Assembly: GCF_009914755.1 (NCBI RefSeq)
Contig: NC_060925.1
DNA from: the human T2T-CHM13v2.0 reference genome, Homo sapiens
Strand: one strand, 5' to 3'
DNA length: 64,000 bases
The translations under genes and the position numbers were made by a program. This document shows, in pieces, positions 1 through 14,278 of the stretch (positions within the stretch are counted from its first letter, which is position 1; each line of letters opens with the position of its first letter). The notes beneath the pieces were generated by a model. That model did not search any database, was not told the origin of the DNA, and saw only the letters and a list, made by a program, of their open reading frames with translations.

Positions 1-32
1 ACTTTGACCTTCTGAAACACATTCAATTCAAG
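1..32 (+). CDS. FMO1: FMO1 coding exon, 3' end only (exon 3 in usual numbering)
   Basis: Reads FDLLKHIQFK (from nt 3), then GTAAGA donor at 33; paralogous to FDLLKYIQFK at the end of the FMO4 exon ending 55490. Confidence 0.9.
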
Positions 33-399
33 GTAAGACACAAAACATCAGTTAGTAGTCAGAAAGTATTTCCTACCTATTTTCTCTTATCTCTCCAGCC
101 TAGCCCTGGGCTCTGTAGATGAGATACTAAACTGGCAATATTAATGACACCTGGCTGTATTTATTTTCTCCCTATACTCACTCCCCACTTCAAGTAAATC
201 TGGAGGTGGGGGAGGATACTTTGTGTAAAGATTCACAAGTATAAAATTTTAGTTTGCAATACTTATATCCAAGTATCTTAGGGAACCTAAAAAATATCAA
301 GCCACATTTTCAGCTTGGGCCAAATGCCTGCCCACATGGACACTGAGAACCACCAACCCCCTTCCCCAGTCTCCTGTTTGGTTTTTTGTCTGTTTGTTT

Positions 400-685
400 G
401 TTTTTGAGACAGGGTCTCACTTTGTTGCCCAGGCTGGAGTGCAGTGGCATGATCATGGCTCACTGCAGCCTGGACTTCCTAAGCTCAGGTGATTCTCCCA
501 CCTCAGCCTCCCAAGTAGCTGGGAACACAGGTGCACACCACCACACCCAGCTAGCTTTTTATATTTTTTAGCGATGGGGTCTCACCATGTTGGCCATGCA
601 GTCTCAAACACCTGGGCTCAAGCAATCCTCCTGCCTTGGCCTCCCAAAGTGCTGGGATTACAGGCATGAGCCACTGCTCCCAGCT
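400..685 (-). mobile_element. Alu (AluJ-like)
   Basis: Reverse Alu: gagacagggtctcact...gctgggattacaggcatgagccac, with T-rich tail. Confidence 0.9.
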
Positions 686-1116
686 CCCACTCTCTTCTTG
701 ACTATTCTTTTATAGGAATGGACACGTGCAGTGGCCCATACACAAGAGAACCTTGCTATGTGAAAGAAATCTTTTCTAGATATTCTTGAGAATAGAAAAA
801 TCTTTGAATATTGTTATTCTACAATGCCCCCTTCCTCTCCCATTTCAGAGGCTGGAGACAGGAGGAAGGTAGTAGGACAGGGACAAATGAATAATATATC
901 CTTTTTGTCCTTTTTTTTTCCTTTTTTTCTCTGTTTCCTCTCCAAGAAACATATGAAAATCTATGTTTCCCTTCTCCTTTCTCCCTCCCCTGTCAGAGGT
1001 AAGGATGATGAGGAATTCACAGAGAATTATACACAGAAAACAACACAAATGGAGACATTGACCAAAACAAGTGGAAAATAAAATTTGCATTCACATTCAC
1101 GACCTTAAAAGTCCTC

Positions 1117-4100
1117 TGATATGGTTTGGCTGTGTCGCCATCCAAATCTCATCTTGAATTTCCACATGTTGTGGGAGGGACTCAGTGGGAGGTAATTGAA
1201 CCATGGGGGCAGGTCTTTCCCATGCTGTTCTCCTGATAGTGAATAAGTCTCATGAGATCTGATGGTTTTATAAGGCGGAGCTTCCCTGCACAAGCTCTCT
1301 CTCTGCTTGCTGCCATGCACGTAAGATGTGATTTGCTCTTCTTTATCTTCCACCATGATTGTGAGGCTTCCCCAGCCACAAGGAACTGTGAGTTCTCCAT
1401 TAAACCTCTTTCCTTTGTAAATTGCCAGGTCTCTGGTATGTCTTTATCAGCAGCATGAAAATCAATACAGTAAATTGGTACCAGTAGAGTGGGGAGCTGG
1501 TGAAAAGATATCAAAAAATGTAGAAGTGACTTTGGAACTGTGGAAACGTCAGAGGTTAGAACAGTTTGGAGGGCTCAGAAGAAGAAAGGAAAATGTAGGA
1601 AACTTTGGAACTTCCTAGAGACTTGTTGAATGGCTTTGACAAAAATGCTGATAGTGATATGAACAATAAAGTCCAGGCTGAGATGGTCTCAGATGGAGAG
1701 GAGGAACTTGCTGGGAACTGGAGCAAAGGTGACTCTTGTTTGGTTTTTTGTTTTAAAAAAAACCTCTGCAATTATTAGTTTATTAGTATCATCCGGGACT
1801 TAGATGTTCAGTATTCCTCCTGAAATTACATAAACAAATGCAAATGGAAAGAATCCAAGTCAAAATTATATAACAAAACAGCACTCCATCACAAAAGCGT
1901 GTAAAATTACAATAACACTATTTTAAAATACTGGCATCTTAAGAAAACGATAATCTTGAAAATCACAAAATTGCCAAATTGTTCCCTAAACTGCTAAGCA
2001 GATAATCATGACTAATGAGTGAGTTTGTTTTGTAAAGAAAAATCATTCAAATAAATTGAATAATTCATACTGAGATGCAAAATTTAAGTGTCTTCTTTCC
2101 TCCTATTTGGATTTATGAGGGGGCAAACCATAATATAGGAAAATATACGCTATTTTGAATGTGGCATCTTTGTTTTAAAAGCTGGCCCAATTAATTAAAA
2201 ATACTTTTAATGGAAAGTCTCATTTCCTGAGCAGTCCATATTTAGATAAATGGGAAAAGACATCTATAGCCAGCATTTTCATAGTCTTCACTGAGACTAA
2301 TGTCAACAAAAAATTTAATATGGCAGTCCTGCATTTTAAGCTCACGCTTTTGGGGATACATTCTCAGGTCTTCTTTAATGTGGGAACTGCAAAATATAAC
2401 TGCCATTACATGGTAATGGGAGTTAAAGAATAGAGTCCTCATGTAAAAATTACAACATACTTTTCTATTAGTCCTTCAAGGACTAATTTCAAAATGTTGG
2501 ATTCTAGTAATCCCATGCTTTGAGTAGATTGATTACTCTTCAGTTTGTAAATGTAAGTGGGCTATGTGAAATTTCTTAACTGATCAAGATTTTGGATGTT
2601 CAGTTATGGATGAAAACTATCTCAACTTAACTTTACCCCCATATGATATGCAGGGTGTGTAGACAAAAGCTTTTTATTAGCTAACTATATGAAAGGATAA
2701 ACACTGTAATAATTCATGTGATTCAAAATGGGCAAAAGCAAAGACTAGCTTCCCCTCCAAAAGAAAAATTTCAGACCTATGAAAAGGACAACAATACTAA
2801 TAAAAAATTTGTATTTACTTAGAAGCATTCAGAATGTAAACAAAACAGCTGCAACTTTTTTTTTTTTGCAATTACAGAGTGGTATTCAGTTAACAGAACA
2901 ACAATTATTTCCTATAAGCTGCATCAGAGACAGCTGAAGATGAAAAAACTACCATCCCCATATATAACTAATTTGTGCTGTGCACCAACAAGAACATGCT
3001 TTAAATTTCCATGCCAATTTACAACCCGCATACTGCACCAGGCAAGGTTAGTGGCTATTGAAAACACCACCAGGAGAGGGCTATCTAAAGACACATTCGG
3101 TAGTGTGTTAACTTTATAAAAAAAGACACTGTACAGTTTAAAAACAAATCCTACACAGACTTACATTTCCATTTTTTTCTTTAAAAGGAGTGACTTGTGA
3201 ACAGTAGGGTTAAATGCTTTATAGACGAGAAAAAAAACCGCTAGAACCAACTTATTCATCATCTTCTTCATCTTCATCTTCTTCATCTACCTCCTCATCA
3301 TAATCTTCTTCATCTTCCTCATCTTCCTCCTCTTCCTTCTTTTTCTTGCTTTTTTCAGCCTTGATAAATCCCTTTTTTGCTGCATCAGGCTTCCCTTTAG
3401 CTCAATATGCAGCAATATCCTTTTTGTATTTTTCCTTTAGCTTTGCAGCCTTCTTTTCACAAGGCTGCTTGTCTTCTGCAGCAGTGTTATTCCACATCTC
3501 TCCCAGTTTCTTCACGACATCACTAATGGGCAGGCCAAGTTGTTCTCCTTTAATTTTTGGGTGATACTCAGAGCAGAACAGGAAAAAGGCTGAAGGAGGC
3601 CTCTTGGGTGCATTGGGATCCTTGAACTTCTTTTTTGTCTCCCCTTTGGGAGGGATTTAGGTTTTCACTTCTCTTTCATAATGGGCCTTGTCACCTTTGC
3701 CATATCTTCAAATTGTCCTTTCTCTTTAGCAGACATGGTCTTCCACCTCTCTGAGCCTTTCTTAGAAAACTCTGAGAAGTTGACTGAAGCATCTGGGTGC
3801 TGCTTCTTATGCTCTTCCCGACAAGTTTGCACAAAAAATGCATATGATGACATTTTGCCTCTTGGCTTCTTAGAATCTCCTTTGCCAATGTTTAGTTATT
3901 TTTCCCCAGTGAGGCACAGAGTTGCCCAGTGCCCATCTGGCTCTCACTTGCCCCAGTGCTGTCTCTATGGAGCTCAATGTACTGCCTCTTCTTATGTTCT
4001 AGCAATGAGACTGGAGATTTATGGAACTTTGAACTTGAGAGATGATTTAGGGTATCTGGCAGAAGAAATTTCTAAGCAGCAAAGCAATAAAGAGGTGACT

Positions 4101-5632
4101 TGGGTGCTGTTAAAGGCATTCAGTTTTAAAAGGGAATCAGCATAAAAGTTCAGAAAATCTGCAGCCTGACAATGCAATAGAAAAGAAAATCTTATTTTCT
4201 GGAGAAGAAATCCAAGCCAACTGCAGAAATTTGCATAAATAACAAGGAGCCAAATGTTAATTCCCAAAACAATGGGGAAAATGTCTCCAGGGCATGTCAG
4301 AGGTGTTCACCACAGCCCTTCCCATCACAGGCCTGGAGGCCTAGGAAGAAAAAGTGGTTTCATGGGCCAGGCCCAGAGCCCCCATGCTGTGTGCAGCCAA
4401 GGGACTTGGTGCCCTGCATCCCAGCTGCTCCAGCTGTGGCTAAAAGGGGCCAACATAGAGCTCAGGCAGTGGCTTTAGAGGGTGCAAACCCCAAGACCTG
4501 GCAGCCTCCACATTGTATTGAGCCTGCAATACACAGAAGTCAAGAATTGAGGTTTGGGAACCTTCACCTAGATTTCACAGGATGTATGGAAATGCCTGGA
4601 TGTGCAGGCAGAAGTTTGCTGCAGGGGCAGGGATCTCATGGAAAACCTCTGCTAGGGCAGTGCAGAAGGGAAATGTGGGGTCAGAGTCCCCACACAGAGT
4701 CTCTACTGGGGCTCTGCCTAGTGGAGCTGTGAGAAGAGGGCCACCATCCTTCAGACCCCAGAATGTTAGATCCACTGTCAGCTTGCATGTGCCTGGAAAA
4801 GCTGCAGACACTCAATGCCAGCCTGTGAAAGCAGCCAGGAGGGAAGCTGTACCCTGCAAAGCCACAGGAGCAGAGCTGCCCAAGACCATGGGAACCCACC
4901 TCTTGCAACAGTGTGACCTGGATGTGAGACATGGAGTCAAAGGAGTTCATTTTGGAGCTTTAAGATTTGACTGCCCTGCTGGATTTCGGACTTGCATGGG
5001 GCCTGTAGCCCCTTTGTTTTGACCAATTTCTCCCATTTGGAATGGCTGTATTTACCCAATGCCTGTACCCCCACTGTTTCTAGGAAGTAACTAACCAACT
5101 TTTGATTTTACAGGCTCATAGGTGGAAGGGACTTGCCATGTCTCAGTTGAGACTTTGGACTGTGGACTTTTGAGTTAATGCTGAAATGAGTTAAGACCTT
5201 GGGGGGGAACTGTTGGGAAGGCATAATTGCTTTTGAAATGTGAGGACATGAGATTTGGGATGGGCCAGGGGTAGAGTAATATGGTTTGTCTGTGTCCCCA
5301 CTCAAATGTCATCTTGAATTCTCACATGTTGTGAGAGGGGTCCAGTGGGAGGTAACCGAATCATGAGGGTAGGTCTTTCCCATGCTGTTCTAGTGATAGT
5401 GAATAAGTCTCACAAGATCTGATGGTTTTATAAGGCAGAATTTCCCTGCACAAGCTCTCTTTTTGCCTGACATCATCCATGTAAGATATGACTTGCTCCT
5501 CTTTGCTCCTGCCATGATTGTGATGCTTCCCCAGCCACATGGAACTGTGAGTTCTCCATTAGACCTTTTTCCTTTGTAAATTGCCCAGTCTCTAGTCTGT
5601 CTTTATCAGCAGTGTGAAAATGGACTAATACA
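1117..5632 (+). mobile_element. THE1 (MaLR, THE1B-like) element: LTRs 1117-1469 and 5277-5632, internal region split by the HMGB1 retrocopy
   Basis: Two ~355-bp direct repeats (TGATATGGTTTGG...AATACA); THE1 internal sequence; 5-bp TSD TCCTC at 1112-1116 and 5633-5637. Confidence 0.92.
1741..3985 (-). pseudogene. HMGB1 processed pseudogene with 5' UTR, CDS-like region (3889-3252), ~1.5-kb 3' UTR and tail remnant (possibly the copy annotated HMGB1P11; name not certain)
   Basis: Intronless [30 protein letters not shown], box B and acidic tail; ATG>ATT at 3889-3887, frameshift near 3690, TGA at 3404-3402; minus-strand AATAAA at 1784-1779. Confidence 0.95.
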
Positions 5633-5829
5633 TCCTCCTAAACAGATTTCCAAAGAGTATTTTATTCCACTTCCTTATTTTGCAATGGACACAGTAAAAA
5701 TAAAGCATTATCATAATGAATATATACAACATATAAAAATCTTCTTTTTAATGCATCAAAATTTCTGAATTTGAAGCATTTCCTTTACCACATGCTGCCC
5801 AAGACCTTTTTTATTTTGTTGTTGTTGTT

Positions 5830-6175
<346 letters not shown>

Positions 6176-6184
6176 TAAACACAA

Positions 6185-6467
6185 GGCCAGGTGCAGTGGC
6201 CCACACCTGTAATCCCAGCACTTTGGGGGGCCAAGGTGGGTGGATCAAGACCATCCTGGCTAACACGGCGAAACCCCATCTCTACTAAAAATACAAAAAA
6301 TTAGCCAGCCATGGTGGCATGGGCCTGTAGTCTCAGCTACTCAGAAGGCTGAGGCAGGAGAATCTCTTGAACCAGGGAAGCGGAGATTGCGGTGAGCCGA
6401 GATTGCACCACTGCACTCCAGCCTGGGCAACAGAGCGAGACTCCATCTCAAAAAAAAAAAAAAAAAA
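6185..6467 (+). mobile_element. Alu (AluS-like) with poly(A) tail
   Basis: ggccaggtgcagtggc...ccatctc(A)n; TSD aaaagtaaacacaa on both sides. Confidence 0.92.
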
Positions 6468-6567
6468 GTAAACACAAATAGCTATTACTCAGCTGTGATC
6501 TGTAGTTGATTTTGTTTGGTTTTGCTTCTCATTCCTCTGTATATATTCCAAATTTTTAATGACAAGC

Positions 6568-6777
6568 TTTTTTTTTTTTGAGACAAGGTCTCACTCTGTT
6601 GCCCAGGCTGGAGTGCAATGACACTATCATGGCTCACTGAAGCCTTGACTTCCCAAGCACAGGTGATTCTCCCAAATCAGCCTCCTGAGTAGCTGGGACT
6701 ACAGGCATGGGCCACCACACCTGGGTAATTTTTTGTATTTTTTTTGTAAAGATGGGATTTTGCCATGTTGCCCAGGC
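6568..6777 (-). mobile_element. 5'-truncated Alu
   Basis: Poly(T) plus reverse right arm and part of left arm. Confidence 0.85.
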
Positions 6778-7646
6778 TACATATTTATTATTTTTATGAT
6801 TAAAAATAAATCTATTTTGAAAGATTTTAAACTAACTGAAAATTTACTTTTAGAAAAGACAGTTGCACTACAAATGTAGAAACACAATAAGCACTTCAAA
6901 TAGTATAAATCAAATAGCGAACCCATTAAGAGGGACTTAAGAAGCCTATATTCTTTAAAAACTTTAAAAAAGAAAGAAAGATAGCAAGCCACTTGGTGAG
7001 TGAATAATTTATCCTTTTAAATTTGACTTGTCTGAGATTTATTGTACATATATTTCCTGAACCAAAGCCTGGTAATCATGGACATGTATGTACTCACTAA
7101 GAGCAAAAAATAGATTCTTTGAAATGTGGACTACTCTCAAAAAAATTCAGGCCATAATGTTAGCACTTTTCAATTGCTTTCTAGTTCTGGAAAAACTTCA
7201 GCAACATATTCTATAAAACCTCATAAGCTAATATACACAGGACCAAATTCAGGTTTTCAATTATATCTTACCCATGTATCTGTCAAAGAAATTTTTGTTA
7301 AAGAGACAGCCCTGTGAGAAATGAGGTTGCATAACAGAAAGGATAATGAAAAAGGCATCAGAAACTTAGGTTCTAATTCTGATTCTGTCACTTTCTGTGA
7401 GAATTTGAGCAAATCACTTAAAATTTTTGGATGCCACCACTTGTCTTAGATATCTCTCCAAGCTTAGACTACCTCCATCTAGGGAATCATGATTAGTCCG
7501 GTAACCTGATTAGGTTTCTAGGGTTATACTTATTAATTATGTTTATTCTGTGTTCTAGAACTTTTAAAATATCAATGGTACATCAACTGGCAAGTGCTTA
7601 ATGGAACATTGACAACTGCTAATCATATCTGTGATTCTTTTTTCAG

Positions 7647-7809
7647 ACCAAAGTCTGCAGTGTAACAAAATGCTCAGATTCTGCTGTCTCTGGCCAATGG
7701 GAGGTGGTCACTATGCATGAAGAGAAGCAAGAGTCAGCCATCTTTGATGCTGTCATGGTCTGCACTGGCTTTCTTACTAATCCTTATTTGCCACTGGATT
7801 CCTTTCCAG
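7647..7809 (+). CDS. FMO1: FMO1 exon 4 (163 bp)
   Basis: tttttcAG acceptor; [55 protein letters not shown]; GTACAG donor; same size and phase as FMO4 exon 56436-56598. Confidence 0.95.
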
Positions 7810-10800
7810 GTACAGCATTTTCTGTAACTAACTTTAAGTTTTCTCGTGGGAGCCATTCTGATGCTTGATTGGTCTGGGAATGAATTCCTATGGCTGTTCC
7901 ATTAAATAGTTAAAGTTGGGAGGTAGGAGGAGGCTTTTTTTGTTTTGTTTTGTTTTTTTCTAGCCAGCATTTTCTGGCCAGTTTTTGGCTTTCATTTGTT
8001 CCAAACAATCTGTGAATACATAAGAGCAAAATGGATAACTTTATAAGTATTTTTATGCTTTACCAAGATTCAATGTCCCTCAAGTGACTGGTAGCACTCA
8101 GAAAGTCTTCTGAGACATGGGATGCTTACACAAGTCATTAACTTCAGCAGCAGGTACACATTGCCAAAGTTGAGTTTAGAGGCCACAAAAGTCAATCTGT
8201 GAAAAAAGAAAAAAGTAATTTTTTCTATTTGTTCCTCTTATGTGAGTGATAGCAATTAGATTAGAGGTTTACGGCACTGGTCAATAGTCAAGAGGGAGAT
8301 TAGTCTTGGGAGACAACTTAAGACATCTTTGGGTCTCAGTTTTCTTATCGGCCTTTTGCAACCATAGTCATGTTAATCTATGCCAAATTTTAACTGGATT
8401 TTAACTCAATGGAACAGAAAATGAAATGGTTTGGTTTATTTCATCTGTAACAAGCATTCAAAAAGTTAAAACTTTCAGAAACTTTTCTCCAAATCATCTA
8501 ATGATTGCCTAGAATGATCCCAAGACTCATCTTACCACAATAAATTTAGGAGCATGCTATGGTTCTGGATCTGCCCCCAGAGGTCACTCAGATCAGGTTA
8601 GATTAGGATAAAGCATATCCTGAAAATTGCCAGAGAATAGAATCATTGAATTGGAAAGAACCAAGTTCAGTCTTCTTCCCAATGCAGGAAATTATTTTTC
8701 AGCAATTCTGAGAGAGGCTCCATAGCCTCTTCTTGAACCCATTCAACAATGGAATCTCATCATCACAGAAGACAACCCAATTTTTTGTCATTCTTGCCTG
8801 CAGAGCAAGGCTCTGAGCAGCCATCCACTCCAAAATTCCAGAAAGGAGTACCTAGTCACTGCAAGAATCCAGAAAGTTCCATGGCATAGGGAGTAAACTA
8901 CATTCATTCAGCACTTACAGTATATTGCACTAGGTGCTAAGAATATAGAGGTGAATAAGGCAACATGTAACCTGTATTGGAGGAATGAATAGAGTTTTAT
9001 GGAGTCCAGTGGAGAAATCACAGTCTGCATATGACCTGTAGTGATTCCAATACCCTAAACATACACCTCTCATGGTCCTGGATTTGCCCCCCAAAGTCAC
9101 ACAAGTTTACATCAGATTAAAATAATAAAGCATACCTGAAAGCAATTGAGCCAATATGCTCAGTTTGAGTAGAAGAGGTAGGGACCCAGCAGCTATGAAT
9201 TCTAGCATATACAACCACCTAGCTGATAGTCTTGAGTCGCCCACTTAACTTTTCTAAGCCTCAAATTTACCCACAAATTGAAGAGCTTGGATTACTTTAA
9301 CCAACAGTACACATCACAAATCAAGCAAGAAGAGCTCTACAAGGCTTGCAGTCTTTCTTAAAACCCATCTTATCTACCACTGTCAATTTAAAATCCCTGG
9401 CTAAATGATTAAGGAGTCTTTGAGCTCTAAAATTCTGTGATTTTAGAGTTGAAGAGCAGTTCTCCCAACCTCTCTATCTCCTGACTTACAGCAGACTTGC
9501 TTAGATGGCACACACTCCTTGCGATGGTTGTTAACTGTCAAATAAAATTCAAATTCACTGAAGGTATTTAAAAATATGTATCACAAGCTCTAGAAGCAAT
9601 TCCAGAGAAGGTGCACTAAAAAGTCGTAGTAAAAATAATAGGTATCACAGTTAGAATAAACGTATGATTTCCCAAGATGACTACTTTTATCATTCACATA
9701 TATACATTCTGCTATTTACCTTTTTTCTTTTTTATATTATAAATTTTTTTCTTAGATAGGACATTCTGCTACTTACTAACACAGCCACATTTACCTAATA
9801 TAAGTTCTTACTCTGTCTTTCTGTGAGATAAGAGAAAGTATTAGTCTGTTAAGAGACAGCCACAGAGTCTCATTTTTGTCCATTTGTGACCCCCCAAAAC
9901 AAAGCCTATCCAAAGAGAATCTAAAACAACATGAGATCCAGAGATAACTGTATTTTCTGCTTAGGCTTTCCACCTCTTTCTTCGCAACAGTTCTCTGATC
10001 CATATTGGGTTCCTGTGCTGAGTAAATATTGGAACTTGGTTGCATCCTTGCTAAATTCCAAATGCTCTGTGTTGTGGTTAGGTTTTAACTTGGATTCGTG
10101 TTAGATTTCTACTAATTCAAGGTGAGCTAAAGAGCCAGCAGGCCTTGTAATGCCACTCCCCACAAGTATATACATTTTTCCCCTGAGAATGTAGAGGTCT
10201 TATTACTTTTTTTAGGAAAAAAGAAGTTCTTTGTTTAGCACATATTACTTCTGATTATGTAATGTTGTCTTAAGAGTATTTTCTGCTTAAGTTATTGCTG
10301 TTAAAAAAGAAAAAGAGTATTTTCAAACCTTCTCCATTCATGTGATGTTTCAATAAGATTCAGCATCACTGCCTAAGGTATCCTATCAAGTTAGCCCAGT
10401 TGATTGAATCCTGGTGTAACTGACATCACTCCTTTTTCTCTGAGCCAACTCTGGCCAACCCAGCAAACTCAGCCTGAGTTACAGTCAGTCACCAAGTGAA
10501 CTTCTCCAACTAACATGAAACTTTGTGAATAGGGACAACATTTTATTTATCTTATTCCCCCCATACCATCTAGCACAGTACCAGGCACAAAGCAGAGATC
10601 AAAAAGTTTTCTGAAAAGAGATACTGACTCACAGTTCCCTTAAGCTTCTTGCTTATGAAAAGCTTATATAAATCAAGTATTAATCAATAGAACATTATTG
10701 TCCTGTTGACTTTTATCAACCTTTAAAATGATAATGACTCCTTATACTTTTGCTTAATATATCTTTATGCCATAATATTTCAGCTCAGTAGTTAACTATC

Positions 10801-11029
10801 TAGTAAGTAAAACTGGAGGCCTATCTAGTGAGATGGAGTAATAACCCCCCTTAAATAATTACCTGCCAATGTCTTGTAAAGTCATGTATTCATATTTTCT
10901 CAAACTTGAGAATACTAGTAAAAATGACCAAAATCATCTGTCAAAAGAATGTTATCAACTGAAGAATATTTATGTTTCATTCACTGATCCTGTTAATTCT
11001 CTGTGTGACTTCTCTTTTATTTTCTATAG

Positions 11030-11172
11030 GTATTAATGCCTTTAAAGGCCAGTACTTTCATAGCCGGCAATATAAGCATCCAGATATATTTAAGGACAAG
11101 AGAGTCCTTGTGATTGGAATGGGAAATTCTGGCACAGACATTGCTGTGGAGGCCAGCCACCTGGCGGAAAAG
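11030..11172 (+). CDS. FMO1: FMO1 exon 5 (143 bp): FMO fingerprint and NADPH-binding motif
   Basis: [12 protein letters not shown] (FxGxxxHxxxY/K motif) and VIGMGNSG (GxGxxG); AG/GT boundaries in phase with neighbours. Confidence 0.96.
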
Positions 11173-11599
11173 GTACATTCCTGATGTTACTGGGTGAAGA
11201 GCTTTATCTTAAGATGCATGCCTCAAGCAAATGGTGTTTGACACCATGATAAATGTTAAAGGAATAAAATGTCTCACATGCAAACAACAGATTACTAAGG
11301 AATTTAATTTTTACTGAATGTTCACAAATTTTTCTATGAATTGCAGTTGTCATCTTCCCTCCAAAACCAACTTCTCTGACTTCTTTTTACTTTTTTTTTT
11401 TTTTTTGTCATTTTCCCAGCCATCCAACAAGAGCTACAGGACATGTTTCTTCCCTACTCAGTCCCATAGGTCAGAAAATTCTACCAACTTTTTCCTGCTA
11501 CTATCTCCCATTTGCCCATTCCTCTCCTTATTAATTACCAACACCCTCATCAGGTCCATGCTACCTCACACTGAGGATATTGCATTGTCCTCCTAATAA

Positions 11600-11850
11600 T
11601 AGTTGTAGAAATAGTTAATATTTATTAGGATTATTCTGTGGCCGGCACTGCACTAAATGTGTTTTTACTGCACTACTTTATCCAGTCATCAAAACAAGCC
11701 ACTGAAGTAGGTACTGTTAGTATCCTTGACTGCACATGAGGAAACCAAGGCTTAGAGAAGTTAAAGAACCTGCCTGAAATCTTACCACTAGCATGTGGCA
11801 GAGCCAGTTCTCAAACCCAAGTCTCTTTGACTCAAAGCCTACGTTCCTAA
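11600..11850 (-). mobile_element. MIR fragment
   Basis: atgaggaaaccaaggcttagagaagttaaagaacctgcc resembles the reverse MIR core. Confidence 0.6.
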
Positions 11851-13086
11851 CTATCCTCTTCTACCTCCTACCTTCAGGCTTCTCAAGGGTTTTGCCCTGC
11901 ATTTTATTTTTGCCTTGTACCACTACCCAAGGTCACTGCCACCCACAACAAGCCATCTAGACCCCAACTACCAACAAACAAATCCTCAGAAGAGCCTGCT
12001 CTCATTATAGCACTCTCATGCTGAAAAACCTCTAATTATTCTCTTTACCTGAAAAAAATAAATTGCAGACGTAGTAGCTCTGCATCAGAGAGTTTTCTAT
12101 AATCTGAACCAAATCTGCCATTTTAATTTTAACTTCTGTTTCTTGCATGATAATCAACTGTAGCATTTTCCAGTTCCTGTCTTTAGTTCCCCTTTGCTCA
12201 CGCTACCCCTCTCTCTTCTTCAGAGCCCCTTTCTCTTCTATTACAATCTACCTTTACCTTCCCAGATATCTCACTCCAACACGAAGTGATCTCTCCCTAT
12301 TCAGAATGTAAGTAATATTGTAATTTGCACCCCTCAGTTTTCACTTTTAAATTCTTAATATTGCAAATTACCTTTCATCATATATAGTTTCTTTTCAACT
12401 ATGCTGTAAACTCATTGAGGGCCATTCAGCTAACTAATATATACTAGTTGCTGGCTCCCCAGTTTGGTGGGGGAAGAAACAATCTGTTAAATCAGCTGTT
12501 TTGTATCAGCAAAGCAACAGATTGCTTAACTAATTATTTTCTTTGTAAACAATTGTACAGGAAACTCCTTATTAAGTACTAAAACTATTAGCTTTGTGAA
12601 TTCGGTCAACTGGTAAATTCAAACAGCCAATGTTAAAAAGAACAAATACCAAAAGTAATTGTAGTACTGAATTTTGCTGTCATTTAAGCCAATGGTTTGC
12701 ACTGAAACTCTGTAGACAACTCTGATACTGCCATTCCCTGTTCTTACTGCCTACAATGATAGTGAGCACACCAAGTAGCAATCACCTGTTCATTGTTTTC
12801 TTACATAGACTTTAGGTCCCTATGGTTTACTAAAGGCTGGCAGATAATAAGTATTCAATAATATGTCTTAAGGCATTTTAATACTCTAGATGCTCTGAAT
12901 CCTAATCTCAAAAGGATTAACTTTAAAATAGAAGTTAGAAGAACCAAGACTATCTTGTCAGGGGTGTATTTTGAGAGTGGCAGACTTTTCAGTGCCTTTC
13001 CATTCATGACACTTCTTGAATCTCTGGCAGAACCAGCCAGCCGTGTTCACAGTGTCAAATGAAGGGATGTCTTTGATTGCTTCCAG

Positions 13087-13286
13087 GTGTTCCTCAGCAC
13101 CACCGGAGGGGGATGGGTGATCAGCCGAATCTTTGACTCGGGCTACCCATGGGACATGGTGTTCATGACACGCTTTCAGAACATGTTGAGAAATTCCCTC
13201 CCAACCCCAATTGTGACTTGGTTGATGGAGCGAAAGATAAACAACTGGCTCAATCATGCAAATTACGGCTTAATACCAGAAGACAG
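13087..13286 (+). CDS. FMO1: FMO1 exon 6 (200 bp)
   Basis: ttccAG acceptor; VFLSTTGGGWVISRIFDSGYPWDMVFMTRFQNMLRN...NYGLIPED-R; GTAAAT donor. Confidence 0.96.
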
Positions 13287-14278
13287 GTAAATATAATGTG
13301 ACTGCCAAGGGCTTTTAGGAAGAAGGAGCCTCTGCCTGTCCAGCAGCCTATACAAGCCAGGCAGTACCACAGCAACATGGCTGAATGTGTGGGAACACTT
13401 GATACAAATTTGCTTGATAATAACAGCTAACTGTTCTTAAGTACTCAGAAAGTGAAATTATGTATTTCACCTTGTCAGCAACACTTTACGTATTATTATA
13501 ATAATCCTTTTATTATGGAGAAACTGAAACAGCAAAATTCAGCCATTTACCCAAGCTCACTGAGTAGTAAGTGAACTCTGTGACCTTGGCAAGTTACTTG
13601 ATCCTCAGCTGTAGCAACCAAAAGAGAATGATTTGTCTATGACTTTGTTGATAAAAGAAACACACTTGCCCAGTTTCACTGTGTGGGAAAAACTGAATCC
13701 CATAGTTGCCCCTCACCATCTCTCTAATGGTAGAGCCTTCTTCCCGTTGTCAAGATTGACCTTGGCCCAAAAAATGGCTCAGCTTATACAAGATCAGCTC
13801 ACAAAGTGTTTGTCTTGTGATTCCAAAGGTATAGCCAGAAAAAGACAATTCTGCCCTTGTTCCTTTAAATACATGCATGTTTCCCTTATAAAACTTTTTC
13901 CTAGGAAGAGACTAGAGCTTTCAGAAGTTCTCAGCCACTCTAGAAGTCCCTGGTTTCCCTTGTAGCCCTTCAGCTCTCAGCCCCACTCTAGAATGACAGT
14001 GACAGATGAATGCTAAAAATCAGCAAGAGAAACAGAAGCTAGAGAAGGTGCTGGCTTCCTCTTCAGGCTTCCAAACTCTAGTAAATGGCAAGCATATTTT
14101 ATAATCCTTCCTGAACATTCATGAATCCCCTTCCACTGAAGTAACATCTCCCAAGACTTGCAGCAATTCTTGTCCAACCAAGGAGAGAGCCCCAGAATGA
14201 GAGAGGGAGGTAAAGAGAAGGGAGAGCTGGCTGAATTGTTCACTGACAAGTCTCCTCCCTGTTCATGTTTTTGTTTAG

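Noticed and set aside
3665-3853. 62-aa HMG-box ORF as a functional HMGB1 retrogene
   Set aside because: Start codon mutated, frameshift after box A and an in-frame TGA; behaves as a processed pseudogene
4254-5022. Overlapping 74-146 aa ORFs
   Set aside because: Chance frames in THE1 internal sequence
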